Source: Eledone cirrhosa (lineage: Eukaryota). From it: 64,000 nt of DNA. Each line of letters opens with the position of its first letter. Position 1 is the stretch's first letter. Where the stretch lies: positions 106,020,001-106,084,000 of the forward strand of contig OZ024741.1 in NCBI GenBank assembly GCA_964016885.1. The letters run 5' to 3'. Position numbers and translations under genes: made by a program. A model generated the notes under the pieces. The model did no database searches. It saw only the letters and a program-made list of their open reading frames with translations, and was not told the origin of the DNA. Shown here piece by piece: positions 20,536 through 32,855 of this stretch.

Positions 20536-22412
20536 AAAATTCAACTGATAAGGTGTTCTGGAAATATGTTCATTCAAAGAGACCTCACTCTCCAGTTTGT
20601 CCTCTTCGCAATCCCCACACAAGCCAGATCACTGACGATCCCAAAGAATGCGCAGAACTCATTGTTGAGTGCTATGCAAGTATTTTCACCGTTGAAAACC
20701 AGAATGTACCATCTCCACCATCTCTAACATCAAATTCCATAAGAACTATGGAATTTACACCTGCAATGTTGCGACATCACCTTAAGAATAAGCGCAACTA
20801 TGCCTCCCCTGGTCTTGATGGTGTTACATACCTGCTTCTCAAACGTGGCGGGTACTTCCTTTTGCACCAGCTTTCTTCTTTGAATACTGTCTCAACAATG
20901 CTGCTACTCCAGAGCAGTGGAAAACTGCCAGAGTCATTCCCCTGTTCAAAAAGGGCGACCGCATGTCACCTGTCAACTATCGTCCAGTCAGTCTTATTAG
21001 CTGTATTGCCAAACTGATGGAATCCTGTGTCAGAGAAACACTTTGGAACTTCTGGAGCTCTCACAGCCTCATCCAGCCCTCACAGTTTGGATTTATCCCT
21101 AACTCCAGCTGCTGTGATCAGCTTATCGAGTTCCTTGAAGACATTACCCTTATCACTGACAGCGGCTCATGGGTGGATGTTTACCTTGACTTTGCTAAGG
21201 CTTTTAATTCTGTGCCACACAAAAGACTGATGGCAAAACTCTCTGCAATGGGTGTGAAGGATGATCTTTTTAACTGGTTGAAATCCTTCATTCTCAGCCG
21301 AAAAGAGGTAGTCACAGTTCTAGGACAGCATTCTTCACCATATGAGATGTCATCTGGTGTACCACAGGGATCTGTTCTTGGTCCCCTTTTGTTTGTGGCA
21401 TATATTAATGACATAGATGCCAACTTAAAGAATACCACGGTACTGAAATATGCAGATGACATCAAGCTGCACCTTGAAATCAAAAGGACTGATCCGCAAA
21501 TCTACAACTCTTTCCTACAATCAGACCTGGGCACAATGCATAACAGACTGGCAACTGAAGCTGGCTGTGGACAAGTGTACCACCATGCATTTTGGGAGGA
21601 AAAATCCAGCATCCACATACTCCCTCCACAACACTGATATCAAGAAGTCCTCTTGTGAATGTGACCTGGGCATTACTGTCAGCAGCGATTTGCGTTGGAC
21701 AAAGCATGTCTCTAAGATTGTCAAGAAGGTCGAGGGTGTCTTGGCATCACTCAGCAAGACCTTTGTTAGCCGCTCTCCAGCCATCTATTTAAAGCTGTAT
21801 ACAGCTATGGTACGACCACACTTGGAATTCGCATCATCAGTCTGGAACCCCTATCTTGCTCAGAACATTGACCTCCTGGAAACTGTTCAGAGACGTGCAA
21901 CCAAGCGCATACCCTCCATCAGACACCTACCATACTCTGAACGCCTTGCTTCCCTGGGCATAGATTCATTGAAGCTCCGACGTCTGGCAATGGACTTGGT
22001 AAACACCCACAAAGTTATTAACCATCCCGCCAACAACAACCCTGAGCACCTTTTTGATCTCCATGTGTCTAACACGCGTGGACATGCCTACAAAATCAGA
22101 AAACAGCACAGCTCCCATGACTTTCGTAGACATTTTTTCGCGCTCAGAGTTGCTGAAGCATGGAACAAACTGCCTGCGTCAGTTGTTAGCTGCCGAGACA
22201 CTGCATCCTTTAAAACCCTCATGCTTACAGAAATTCGCCAAAACTACACCTGATGTACCCCTTCCATACACATGCACACATGTGTATATCATGACTCATG
22301 CACTGTTCATTTTCCTGACGTTTGTACATTACCTATGTACTATACATACACTTGTTGATGAGTTGTAGCGCACCTGAGCACTGTACACAATATTTCATTA
22401 TTATTATTATTA
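20536..22412 (+). mobile_element. 5'-truncated CR1-group LINE, frameshifted RT ORF2
   Basis: NYRPVSL, YLDFAKAF, GVPQGSVLGPLLF, YADD, VRPHLEFASSVWNPY, TRGH, RVAEAWNKLP; ends in an (att)n tail. Confidence 0.93.
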
Positions 22413-23140
22413 TTTATATATATATATATAATTGAAAATGAACGAGCAAAACACAGGAGGCAACTGTGTGTGTCTAGTGTGTGTATTTTATTTGAATCGT
22501 TAATAAATATGAAATACTCCATTAAATTAAGTTTTCCTCAAAACATTTCAATTTGTATGTGTAGTAATTTTATGCAAGAAATGAGTGTGTGTAAAGAAAT
22601 TATGAAAATGAGGCAAAAGAGAAAGAGGAGGATAAACAATAATAAAAAGGAGAGACACAGAGAAAGGAAGAAAAACAGAGAGTGAGGGACGAATCAGTGA
22701 GTGTACAAATATGAAAGAGTGAAAAGAGGAGGAGAAGTGAGAGTAGGAGAATCGGCCGAAACACGTGCCGAGAGAAAACGTTGGAAGAGAAAATAGGTGG
22801 ATTGAGTAAAGTAGATGAGAATGTGATAGTGGTGGAGGTGGTTATGACGTAATTGGTGAGGGTGGAGTTAGTGGATATACCATAATAGATATATACAGAG
22901 GGAGATTACGAATGAGAATTACCGCAATTAAATATTTTTTTATCTTTTGCTCTTTAATAAATGATTTAGTGGACTTTTAAAAAAAAAAAAATATATATAT
23001 ATATAATACAATATATTAACAAATGTTAATATATTGTATATTTACTCCAATAATTTGTTGAGTGCTTTATATCAGTTATAAAAATATTTTGCTTGTTGTA
23101 TCCCAACAAATTAAATATAACCTCTACATATAATATATAT

Positions 23141-23408
23141 GGAGGCACATGGCTTAGTGGTTAGACCGGGTGATGTGTTGTTTCCTTGAGCAAGACACTT
23201 TATTTCACATTGCTTCAGTTTACTCAGCTGTAGAAATGAGATGATAGGGACTGAGGTCCCTATCATTCCACTGCAAAAAAGCACCCAGCACTCACTGTAA
23301 ATGAGGTTGGTGTTAGGAAGGGCATCCAGCTGTAGAAATCAAGCCAGAATCAGTTCCCGTCCCACCCTTGCAAGCAGGGAAAAGCGGACGTAAAATGATG
23401 ATGATGAT
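23141..23408 (+). mobile_element. SINE family A, internally deleted
   Basis: Matches 2796-3138 with deletions in the B-box region and the body. Confidence 0.85.
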
Positions 23409-24409
23409 ATATATATCAATGATATTAAATAAAATATCCCTTTTGCTTATATACACACACACATATGCATATATATATATACATACACATACGTATGTGT
23501 GTGTGTGTGCATGTATGTATGTGTATATCAATCATTCCCGGCTGACAAGGGGTCTACATAGAGCAAATCAGTACTGAAGCTAGGCTACTGATCTCCCAGA
23601 TAGACCGGGGAGCCTGCATCTCGCTTAGGTACAGTCATACGTTCTATTGACAGCACAGGAAAGGTTGTCATGTCTTGAAACAAACTGAAATGTCCTCCCA
23701 ACTCCTTGTTTGGCAAACTTTCTAGGGTTGGATGCCCTTCCTAGTACCAACCACTTTACGGTGTGCACTGGGTGATTTTATCGTGTAGATCACCAGCACT
23801 AGGGAAATTGTAATGACTAAACTGAAGGGTCCTCCCAAACTTTCTACGATTGGATGCCCATCCTATTACCAACTACTATAAATGTGTACTTGGTGCGTTT
23901 CTCGTGTAGATCACTAACATTAACGAGGTTGTTGTCTTCGACACAACTGAAGGGTCCTCTCGACCCTTTTAGGCATATTTTCTGAAAAGGGATGCCCTTC
24001 CTGTCACCAACTACCCTTACGGGGTGTCCCCGGTGTATTTTCGTGGTACCACCACCAATAATTCATTGAATCACTTATATTTGAATATATATAGATATTT
24101 TCAAATAATTTTTTTTAAATACAACAAGCAGAGTATTGATACGTAACAGTCAATTCTGTAGATGAAAGCATTTTGAGAGGAATTAAATAAAATAAGTGAC
24201 TTTCTCATCATATATATGAGAAATTTAGAAGCTTCATCGAATTTTTTTTTTACTATAGGAAAATAGTCTTAAAATAAGTAAATTTTTTATGTTAAGGGGG
24301 CTTGCATGCTCTATTACTTAGACTATTTTTCTATAGTATAAAAACAGATTCGATGAAGCTTTTCGGTTTATCGTCAATTTTATATTTCGGTCATCGCTTC
24401 TAAAACACG

Positions 24410-24467
<58 letters not shown>

Positions 24468-24691
24468 CAAACTATTTAGACATGTACATATTCATATATG
24501 AAAGGCGAAGTTGAATGTACATATTCATATATGAAAGGCGAAGTTGACCTCAGCGAGATTTGAACTCAGAACAGAGAGAATCGGAACAGATACTGCAAAG
24601 CATTTTTTCCGACGTTCTAATAGCTGTCAAATCTTCGCCCAGAGTCGCATGGTGACTTGATGAATATAACACCATGAGTGACGAATATATT

Positions 24692-24736
<45 letters not shown>

Positions 24737-26425
24737 GCTGTTAGAAAAACAAGAGCCGGGTTAATGACCCCACTAAAGAATTGACTCCCTTAGTAATCTT
24801 ACCAATATTACAGTGCTGTTGTGAAGTGGGGGAGGAGGATCGTGTGCCTGACCAGATAAACTGGTTTATGTTCACTAATGCCAACAACAGTGACGAGAAT
24901 AGAATTTGAAGTGAAAAAGATTCACACGAACTATGAGAAAAATTGATCGTTTTCAGAATGCTTTCATCTACACCCTTACATTGCCATATTTCTAATGAAA
25001 GACACTACCTATGTACTTTCAATTAAAATTAATTTAAAAAGCAGTGTCATACGTGATATAGACAATTTGGCAGATTAAAGCGATCTTGAAAGGAATTTAC
25101 TAAAATAAGTTTCTTATTATTAAGTTGATATTTGGAACATTTCTTAATTATGTTGGTTTTTAATACAAGTATGAACGCTTTATTAGGAATAGTTTTGTAT
25201 CATAAGCCAGGTGTGTTGGTATCATAAGGGTTAATGTAAGACGAAGCTTGCACCGAGGTAGAATAAAATAAAATATATAGGACGTATCAAAACTTTTTAA
25301 AATGAACATCAGAAAAAAGAAAATATCTTTTAGTTTAGTTCCTTATATCTCTAAAAATGTATATCTAGCTACCAATCTACCTGTCAATCTATATCTAACT
25401 GTATCTATCTACCTGTCAATCGCTTTCTGTGTGTCTATCTCACTAACACACACACTCGCACGCATTCCTGCTGTAGCCAAATTAAGGTGCAAACTGTATA
25501 GATATGTCCACAGTTACACACAGAACTACACGGATTACGCTAGCGAGGGGTTAGAAATCACGCCGAAGTCAACTTTGCCTTTCATCCTTGTGGTGTTGAA
25601 TCTTCTACCCCTCCTCTCTCTCTCAAGAAGAAAGCGGCTGTGGTCAAACCCGGAGAATGATGGACACTGCCAGGTTTGAAATGCCCAAGAGCTGATAGGC
25701 ACCCCTAAGACTCAATGAGGAGTTATTTGTGCAGGGATCATATGTAATGTGTGTGTAAAACATTAAGCAATGTGCAGTTAAATGCAAATATAAACACCAC
25801 ATAATACATGTAATATATTTTAAAATATTAATACCAGAGAATATATAATATATTTAAAAATATAAACACTATAGAATGTATGTAATATATTTAAAAGTAA
25901 CTTACGTTAAATGTATCCAGGTATAATGTATAAAAAATCAATTGAAAAAAACAAAATGCACAAAAACAATCAGTTCGAAGTAATGAAAGAAGAAATAATT
26001 GGTAATATATTGTTGTCAGGAAATTGTTGTGGTCCGTACAGTGGCATTCTGTAATACGTTATGATAAGAATCGTAATAAAACTTCAACATGAGTAGCAGA
26101 GAGAGGCAGTGTCCTGTTATAAATGGGAGAAAAATGCGAGAGGAGTGGAAGAAGTAAAGAATATAATGTAAGTAAGACTGAAGGGGAGGTAGAGGAGCAG
26201 GTGTATGTGGCTGCTGCTGGTGTTAATGCAAATAATAATTACTTATAAATGATTTCTTCTTTATTAGCCACACTGGGTTAACACCAGGAAAATATTAAAG
26301 AGGACGCTACAGTGAACATGTATAAAAATATTTTAAAAACAATCTAAAAAGATTTTTAAACAAATATTTATGTAAACTTTCATTAACAATAAATCACTAC
26401 CTATACACACACACATATATATATA

Positions 26426-26471
<46 letters not shown>

Positions 26472-26652
26472 GTTATCTGTGAGTATGTATATAAATATAT
26501 AAAGTTATCTGTATGTATGTAAATATATAATTTTATCTGCAGTGAGTTTGAATTATTTTCCCCTATCTTACGTTAAATATTTTCCATCTTGACGTCATAG
26601 TCACATATATTATGAAATACTGTTGGCTTCTTGCTCACATTAATTTGTCTAT

Positions 26653-26693
<41 letters not shown>

Positions 26694-26781
26694 GACGTTA
26701 TATTTAATTTGTTGGGATTCAACAAGCTTAACAAATTTTATAACTGATATAAAGCACTCAACAATTTAGTGGAGTAAATAT

Positions 26782-26977
26782 ACAATATATTAACAAATGG
26801 AAACTATATTTATAAAACCATATTTATTTTATTATACATATTTCAAGGGCCACCAAGGCAAATTATGGTGCGCTTTCATCAGATGGAAGTGCACCATAAT
26901 TTGCCTTGGTGGCCCTTGAAATATGCATAATAAAATAAATATGGTTTTATAAATATAGTTTCCATTTGTTAATATAT

Positions 26978-26980
<3 letters not shown>
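26782..26980. repeat. Near-perfect ~100-bp-arm fold-back whose apex lies in a hammerhead core (minus-strand motif 26827-26888)
   Basis: The arms are reverse complements; minus strand reads CTGATGA aagcgcacc...ggccctt GAAA tatgtat A; same family as 20270-20460 and 23010-23130. Confidence 0.85.
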
Positions 26981-27010
<30 letters not shown>

Positions 27011-27012
27011 GG

Positions 27013-27329
27013 AAGAGCATTGGCCTTGCAATCGAAAGGTTGTGAGTTCAATTCTCAGATCGGGTGATGTGTTGTTTCCTTGAGCAAGACACTTTATTTC
27101 ACATTGCTCCAGTTTACTCAGCTGTAGAAATGAGATGATAGGGACTGGGGTCCCTATCATTCCACTGCAAAGTGGTCGTGGAGGTGCCACGGCAAAAAAG
27201 CACCCAGCACTCACTGTAAATGAGGTTGGTGTTAGGAAGGGCATCCAGCTGTAGAAATCAAGCCAGAATCAGTTCCCGTCCCACCCTTGCAAGCAGGGAA
27301 AAGTGGACGTAAAATGAAATGATGATGAT
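27013..27329 (+). mobile_element. SINE family A lacking the A box
   Basis: Near-identical to 2819-3135. Confidence 0.88.
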
Positions 27330-27639
27330 ATACTGAACCACCTATATAAATGTATCTAAGTTTATATATAATTTTATCTGTAATATATATATATAAATGA
27401 ATTTATCTGTAAGTTTATAAATAATATAAGTATGTATACGTACATACATATATGTATACAGACGTACAGTAGTATGTATATATATATATATATATACATG
27501 CACACATATATATATATGTACGTATTGATTCACCGAACATTTATTATAATGCTCGGTGTGTTTGTAAACAAACATCCCGAATTAAGCCGTACAGTGTCTA
27601 GCAACCATCATTGCTCATTTGTTCAACACTGACAAAGGA

Positions 27640-27682
27640 ACGCTGTACTAGTTTCAAGCTTATTAGCTATCGTCAGCAACGT
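27640..27682 (-). ncRNA. Minimal type I hammerhead ribozyme motif (inverted copy)
   Basis: Reverse complement of 27855-27897. Confidence 0.82.
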
Positions 27683-27854
27683 ATACCTTCCGTACTAAGA
27701 GTGCTAAATGAAATTTTGTTTCATTTTTTCCGTTTATCGTTTTCGGTACCCTGGTCGATTAACTCACTCGATATGCAAATTAGGCTGCTCAGCCGTTAAT
27801 ATGCATAAGGAAAGTATATACTTTCAGACATTCAACAATCTGGCAGGAAGGTAT

Positions 27855-27897
27855 ACGTTGCTGACGATAGCTAATAAGCTTGAAACTAGTACAGCGT
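27855..27897 (+). ncRNA. Minimal type I hammerhead ribozyme motif
   Basis: acgttg CTGACGA tagctaataagctt GAAA ctagt A cagcgt: 6-bp stem I, palindromic ACTAGT stem III, GUA site after 27891. Confidence 0.85.
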
Positions 27898-28544
27898 TCC
27901 TTTGTCAGTGTTGAACAAATGAGCAACGGTGGTTGCTAAACACTGTACGGCTTAATTCGGGATGTTTGTTTACAAACACACCGAGCATTATAATAAATGT
28001 TCGGTGAATCCATACGTACATATATATATGTGTGCATGTATGTATATATATATATATATATACATACTACTGTACGTCTGTATACATGTATGTATGTACG
28101 TATACATACTTATATTTAAGTAACACCCGTACTAAGAGTGAGAAATGAAATTTCGTTTCATTTTTTCCGTTTATAAATAATACTATCTGTAAGTCCCCCC
28201 TGCCCTATATATATATATATATGTTCACTTTCTTGAGTGAACATTATATTTTGTGTTGTTCACTTTCTAATTAAATAGCTTTGTTCTATACATAGAGCAC
28301 TCTTTTTTTCCCTTTATATAATATATAGGTATTAAAGTTTGAACACGGAAACCTTTTTCTTTAAGTTAACTGTATTAATTTTATTGATAACCCTGGTTAA
28401 TTTGTTCAATTATTTCCACTACACTAGGAAATCTGTATGAGTATACTCAGTTATCATTGAGTAAGATAACATTTGGCACGGTATTACAATGCCATAGGTA
28501 CGCAAAGCATCATGTGATTTTGTAAATTTATTTATATATATATA

Positions 28545-28587
<43 letters not shown>

Positions 28588-28603
28588 ATATATAATATAT
28601 ATA

Positions 28604-28648
<45 letters not shown>

Positions 28649-28859
28649 ATATACAGAAACACATACACATAAAGTTAATGGATGAGAAGAAATTGCCAGT
28701 GAAAAATATTTAAGCAGTGTGTTTATGCCATTACAGATAGAATATAGAGAAGTGCCATTTAAGAGTATAAGAAAGGTGGCATATTTAACAGCATATAAAA
28801 ACAAATTGAGATGACAGATAAAGGTTCTTAAAACGTCTAATTCTTTACAATTGTTTCAA

Positions 28860-29572
28860 CACATTCCACACTACTATTCTCATTCTTTCTCTTCATAATC
28901 TTGGACTACATTCTGAGAAAGTCCATGGATAACTCTGGACATGGCTTAAAATGGAAAAGTGTGAAACTAGCAGATTTAGACTTTGGTAGCATTCAGACAG
29001 CAGATGGCAATACTGAAGCTGACATAAAACAAAGGATAGCCAAAGTTGCTGGAGTATTTGACAAACTCCAATCAATATGGCAATCACAGAACCTCACATT
29101 ACAAACAAAATTAAAGGTTATTCTAGTCAATTATCTCATCAACAATCTAGGCTACTGACACATCGAAGAGTGCTGCTGACACATGGAAAAGCAGCTTGAT
29201 ACTTTCCAACAAAGATGCCTCCGAAAAATCCTGGGCATCAGATGGTAAGACATGATAATAAATGAGGATGTACTTCAAAGAACCAATGCCACATGTCTGA
29301 GTCTTATCAAGGGCATAAGAATGCACCTGGCAGAACATATCCTATGAATGGGGGAACAATATCCCAGCAAGAACTGCAATAACATGGTTATGAGCTGGTG
29401 GGAAAAGACCAAAGAGTTGGCCAAATGAGACCTGGAGATCCACTCTAAAAGATTACCTGCACAGCTATGGCACAAATTGGTTTCAAGCCCCAACTCTGTC
29501 CAATGACAGATGACAGAAAAAGATGGAAGAGTATAGTGGTCCGTTGGCGTGAAGCTGGAGGAACCAGATGAG
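28860..29572 (+). mobile_element. Degenerate, internally deleted RTE-clade LINE (different family)
   Basis: LADLDF, DIKQRIAKVAGVFDKLQSIW and FQQRCLRKILGIRW-like peptides, broken by stops and frameshifts. Confidence 0.75.
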
Positions 29573-29593
29573 CATATATATATATATATATGA

Positions 29594-29648
<55 letters not shown>

Positions 29649-30121
29649 CTTCATCATCATTTAATGTCCACTTTCCCAGCTAGCAAGGGTTAGACGAGTC
29701 TTCATCGACCAAGTCAGTACTGAAGCGGGATATTATACAATATCCTCGATTGGTTTCTATGAATCCAAAATCAACAATCCGACTTGCGCAATATGCAAGT
29801 TTGTGGTATTTGAAGGCTGAAATGCAGACTCACGTTATCAACAGGTTTCCATTCTGTGCCTCATTCCGGTGTGAAACATAGCAGTAAACTACTAATAGTA
29901 GCAGACACTACGTCTCTGTCACATGTTCGTTCTCCAACAGGCGGGAAATAACCTCCGGGTTTTTGGCGGGCAAGTACATATATATATAAAGAGAGAGAGA
30001 GGGAACTGAGGTGTATATGAAAGCATATACAATATGTTTATGTATAACAAACATATATAAGTCAAGCTATAAATGTTGTAATCTATAATCATGTCACAGC
30101 TATCACAGTAGCCATGTGAAA

Positions 30122-30168
30122 ATGCCAGACACTAGTGTTTCGGGATTTTTTATCCATCATCAGGGATG
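30122..30168 (-). ncRNA. Hammerhead motif with degenerate stem I
   Basis: catcc CTGATGA tggataaaaaatccc GAAA cactagtg TC tggca; palindromic ACACTAGTGT stem III and GUC site. Confidence 0.6.
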
Positions 30169-30520
30169 TTTACTCACTCAGTACAGAGATTACAAAAAGC
30201 CACATCTTCTATTCTTTTTGCTGCAGATTCTCATTTGCATTCAGTGCATGCTTGACTTGACTGGGATTAATTAGCAGTGGTACTAACATGGTGTGATTCA
30301 TAATAGAGGGATATATGAAGGCATATATGATATATTTATGTACAATAAACTCATAAAACTTGCTACGAATGTTTTAAGCTGTAAATGTTAAAAATATGAT
30401 AACAATAATGTTTGGGTGTTACATTACAGTTCTTTGTAGGTCCCTATTTTAAGGGAGAAAATCCATTAATCAAAAGAAAAAGAAAAAAGTTTGCAGCTGT
30501 ATATATTTTGTCGCTTTTAA

Positions 30521-30738
30521 CCCTTTAGCATTCGCATTACTTTATATTTACTATTGTATTTTCGGGGTAAAGGCTTGACATTCACTTAATTATCTCACAT
30601 AATATCGAATCTATAAGATTTTGATATTAATTTTGAGAACTGCACCTCAATATCATCATGCGTGACTGGTTACAGCTAGTTTGAACAGGAAAGGTGAGAG
30701 AATTTTGGCCACATATGGTCGGTTTAAATGCTAAAGGG
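30521..30738. mobile_element. piggyBac-like MITE
   Basis: TTAA|CCCTTTAGCATT ... AATGCTAAAGGG|TTAA terminal inverted repeats; a related copy lies at 45609-45786. Confidence 0.75.
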
Positions 30739-31077
30739 TTAAGCTGCTATTTTTTTTAATGCTGCAAGTGGTGGATGGATCACGTACATGGTATGTGATC
30801 TAATCTATGTTCTAATCTAAAGTATTGTTGTATTATTTTTTAAATGGAATGAAGTGCTATCTGTGTATGTCTATGTTAGCCACTGGGTGTTGAGGTCTTG
30901 TCTATTGTTTTACACAGCATTAAAGTGATTTGGTGTTGCTATGACAATAATTAATACAGTTTTACATATTATAGTCATTTGGTATTGCTAAGTTGATACT
31001 TTATACACTACTGTCATTTTTACCATGAGAAATAATGTTAGTCTTATTATGTTCTATCTGGTGGTCTGTCTGTATGT

Positions 31078-31644
31078 TAATCATTTCATTACCATATTTC
31101 TCTTGGAACAGATTGCCTCTATTTTTCGAATAATATTGAAAATAATTTTAAAAAAATAATCAATTGAGTAATACAACTATCTTTCTCATTAATAAGCTGG
31201 TATTTGAAAACATAACAAAGTTCCTATATAAAATTTTGATGAAAGGTTTTTAGATAAAAATAAACAACAAAAAGCACCTAGTCCACCCTGTAGATAGTCA
31301 TGCTGTAGATAGTTCACCCTGTAGATATCACAATGAAAAAGCACTCAATCCACCCTGCTAGATACTCGTTTTGCTGCTATGATAAAAATCACCCAGTCTA
31401 TGTTATAATGTGGTTGATATTAGGAAGGGCATCTAGCTGTAGAAACAAAGCCAGAAACAGTTCCATATGAGCAAGACATGATCACCTGACCTGATATGTC
31501 TCATATTGTGACAATCTGTTTAACCCATGCAAACATGGAAAATAGACATTAAGTGTTGATGGTGATGATAAACAATTTAAAATATACAGTTTTGTAGTGT
31601 AGAATATGGGCTGGTTTCAAGTGGCCTGGTATTAAAAGGGTTAA
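31078..31644. mobile_element. Second piggyBac-like MITE family, interrupted by RTE/SINE tail sequence
   Basis: Ends in aaagggttaa; shares ccatatttct...ttaataagctggtatttg with 24972-25234 and ~7690. Confidence 0.45.
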
Positions 31645-31959
31645 ACTTCCTTAGTAATTTTCACATTGTTATTTTCTAAGAGAGGCGGAGCTTCGTTCTT
31701 GCAGCAGGTGAAATTTGGATACTAGACATATGTAAAGCAGCCTTGTTATGTTATGCTGTATCTTCAAGTATATTTTATCAGATGTCAGATCTAGTGTGAG
31801 AGATCTTGGTACAATATGGTGTATTGTCTCCATGAACGTACCACATAGGTAACCTTTATCTAACTTCTGACATTATCTCAGGAAAAGTACCACATAGGTG
31901 ACCTCTAACCTCTGACATTGTCTCAGGAAATGTACACATAAGTGACTGCTAACAGATCA

Positions 31960-32855
31960 CGGATGACAGCTGCACCAACAAAATATCAGAAATAATCAGC
32001 AACAACATATGCAGCATCAACAACAACAGTGGTACTGCATCGGCAACTGGTACTGCAGTAATAATAGTAGTACTACAGCAACAACAGTGGTACTGCAACA
32101 ATAACAGTGGTGTAGTAACAACAGTACTACAGCAACAACATCAACAACAGTGCTGCAGCAGTTAGTGCTACTGCAGCAAGACCACAATCAGCAGTGATGC
32201 TGCAGTAACAATAGTGGTAATGCAGCAACAGCAGCAGCAGCAACACAATCAACAACATTACTGGAGTAGCAACAACAGCGACAGCAACAGTAGATGCTGC
32301 AAAGAATTATGTCAATTGCTTGCAAATATACTTACTATGCATACTCCCCCATCACCACCATCATCATCATCATCATTATCACTACCTTCGTAATCATCAC
32401 CATCATCACCGTCATCATCACCATCACCATCATCATCATCATCATCACTATCACCACCACCACCACCACCACCACCACTATCCATCACTAATATTAATAC
32501 CACTACTAATAACATGACATCATATTTAATACTGCCCATCTTCACAACCATCATCACCATTACAACAACAACCATCATCACCATTACTATAACCACTACC
32601 ACCATTACCAAAACACTACCATCACCTTTACCACCACCACCACTACCATCAAGTATAACCCACCATTACCATGACTACAACCACTTCCATAACTAACATC
32701 ACACCATCACCCCCACTATTACTACAAACACCAACAACAACTACAACTGCAGCACCAACACTACTGCCACCAGCCACAACAATTACACCACCATCACCAC
32801 CACCAAAGCTACCACAGCCCAAACCACCACTACAAACAACAACAACAATAATATC
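31960..32855. repeat. Low-complexity trinucleotide tract (CAG/CAA, then CAT/CAC)
   Basis: Read directly. Confidence 0.9.

Larger units (their letters stand above)
27423..28116. mobile_element. Penelope-like inverted pseudo-LTR structure, ~270-bp arms and 154-bp spacer
   Basis: Arms 27423-27691 and 27846-28116 are reverse complements and each carries a hammerhead; the spacer start is repeated directly at ~28128-28173. Confidence 0.7.
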
